64,000 nt of DNA. Origin: Pecten maximus (lineage: Eukaryota). Numbering within the stretch: position 1 is the first letter of the stretch; the number at the start of each line of letters is the position of its first letter. Made by a program: the position numbers and the translations under genes. The notes under the pieces were generated by a model that worked only from the letters and a program-made list of their open reading frames with translations, was not told where the DNA came from and did not search any database. The stretch spans positions 6,076,001 through 6,140,000 of the forward strand of contig NC_047019.1 in NCBI RefSeq assembly GCF_902652985.1, given 5' to 3'. This document shows, one piece after another, positions 62,900-64,000 of this stretch.

Positions 62900-64000
62900 A
62901 GTATCAAATAATACAAAATCATTACAATGCATGTGAAACCTGAGGTTCCCAGGGGTTAGGGAGAGTCCTACCAGCAAAGTCCTCTCAGGCTTCCACACGC
63001 ATTTACACACACGAAGTAAAGGGGATATAATATTAATAAAGAATAATTATTAAACAGTTATTAATTCGGCACTACTCCTGTAAAAAAATAATCAAGCCAT
63101 TCGTGTATTACAATATTAATACTGATACAACAGCAACACTTTGTCAACAACAATAACACTATGCAGTACAAAGATCACATGATCAGATGGACTCTGTAGG
63201 GAAGACTACCACCAAGTAGTACATGAATTAAGTTATATTCCGATAAGGAATGTAAGAACACACTAAATTCTATATCAAAACAGCACTAATAAGACACCAT
63301 AGATCGTCTCTAAGACTTTCAATTTTTGTACAATGGAGAACTATATGTGATATACGGTCATTATGTAAAATACCACAGAAATGACAAAATTCTATGCTTG
63401 TTGATCTTAAATCAGATGTTCAGGGAATTTTAGTGCTGCTGTCCATAAATATGTGGAACAATTACATCTTGAATGAGCAAAAACCTACAGAAATCTGAAT
63501 CGTCATTCATTCTATTGTACATCATTAATTCTTCCCAATTAAAAACAGCTTTATAGACGATTGACTTCCATTTTGAACTACTTGGAAAAACTGTATCTGA
63601 AGTATACTGCAACAACTGATTAAACAAATCATACTTGCGAAGTATTCTCACAATATCAGGAATAAAACCATTTTGACCGGATTCCTTCAAAAGATACATG
63701 AATAGACGTTTGAGAAATATAGTATGAGTTAAGTTTTACTGTTCAGTCTACAAAGACGAGCAAGAAATAAAAGTTTTCTGATGTCAATATAACCTTCTAT
63801 AGTGGTCCATCCAATTAGGGAATTGGCCATATCAGTTCTAGTTCTAATGTTTAACCCTTGAATGGATTTTACGATAAAATTTTGCGCGAGCTCTAATTTG
63901 ATTAATTCGGTTCTCGATAATTGTCATATATCACACCTATACAGGGCAGACGGGGAAACTTTAGCCTTAATCACCTTTGAAACTGTTCAAGGATTAAGGG
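62900..64000 (-). mobile_element. 3' part of a decayed non-LTR retrotransposon (LINE ORF2 C-terminus), running off the window
   Basis: Minus-strand frames read PSALY..LSRTELIKLELAQNFIVKSIQGL..LIGWTTIEGYIDIRKLLFL and GFIPDIVRILRKYDL..FPSSSKWKSIV, resembling post-RT LINE sequence. Clade and boundary uncertain. Confidence 0.6.

Overview
AT-rich, intron-containing animal genomic DNA, probably a bivalve or other mollusc (inferred from the SINE and transposon types). Most of the window (451-53562, + strand) is a tandem array of five 6-exon PM20D2-like M20 metallo-dipeptidase/amidohydrolase genes. It is interrupted by a truncated DIRS-class tyrosine-recombinase retrotransposon (5441-9706), a minisatellite, an internally deleted ISL2EU/PHIS-type DNA transposon carrying a SWIM+YqaJ nuclease gene (11644-16017), MITE-like hairpins, tRNA-derived SINEs and a 500-N gap. 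A minus-strand cytosolic sulfotransferase gene, a deleted duplicate of it and a LINE 3' end follow. The most striking feature is that the active-site exon 2 of the peptidase genes exists as up to three divergent tandem cassettes (2a/2b/2c). Their identical 0/2 phases make them mutually exclusive, and different paralogs have kept or lost different cassettes. Tandem repeats that copy an exon end together with its splice donor occur after exon 5 of all five genes and after exon 2 of gene 2. Exon boundaries were read by eye from GT/AG signals and paralog comparison; there is no expression evidence.
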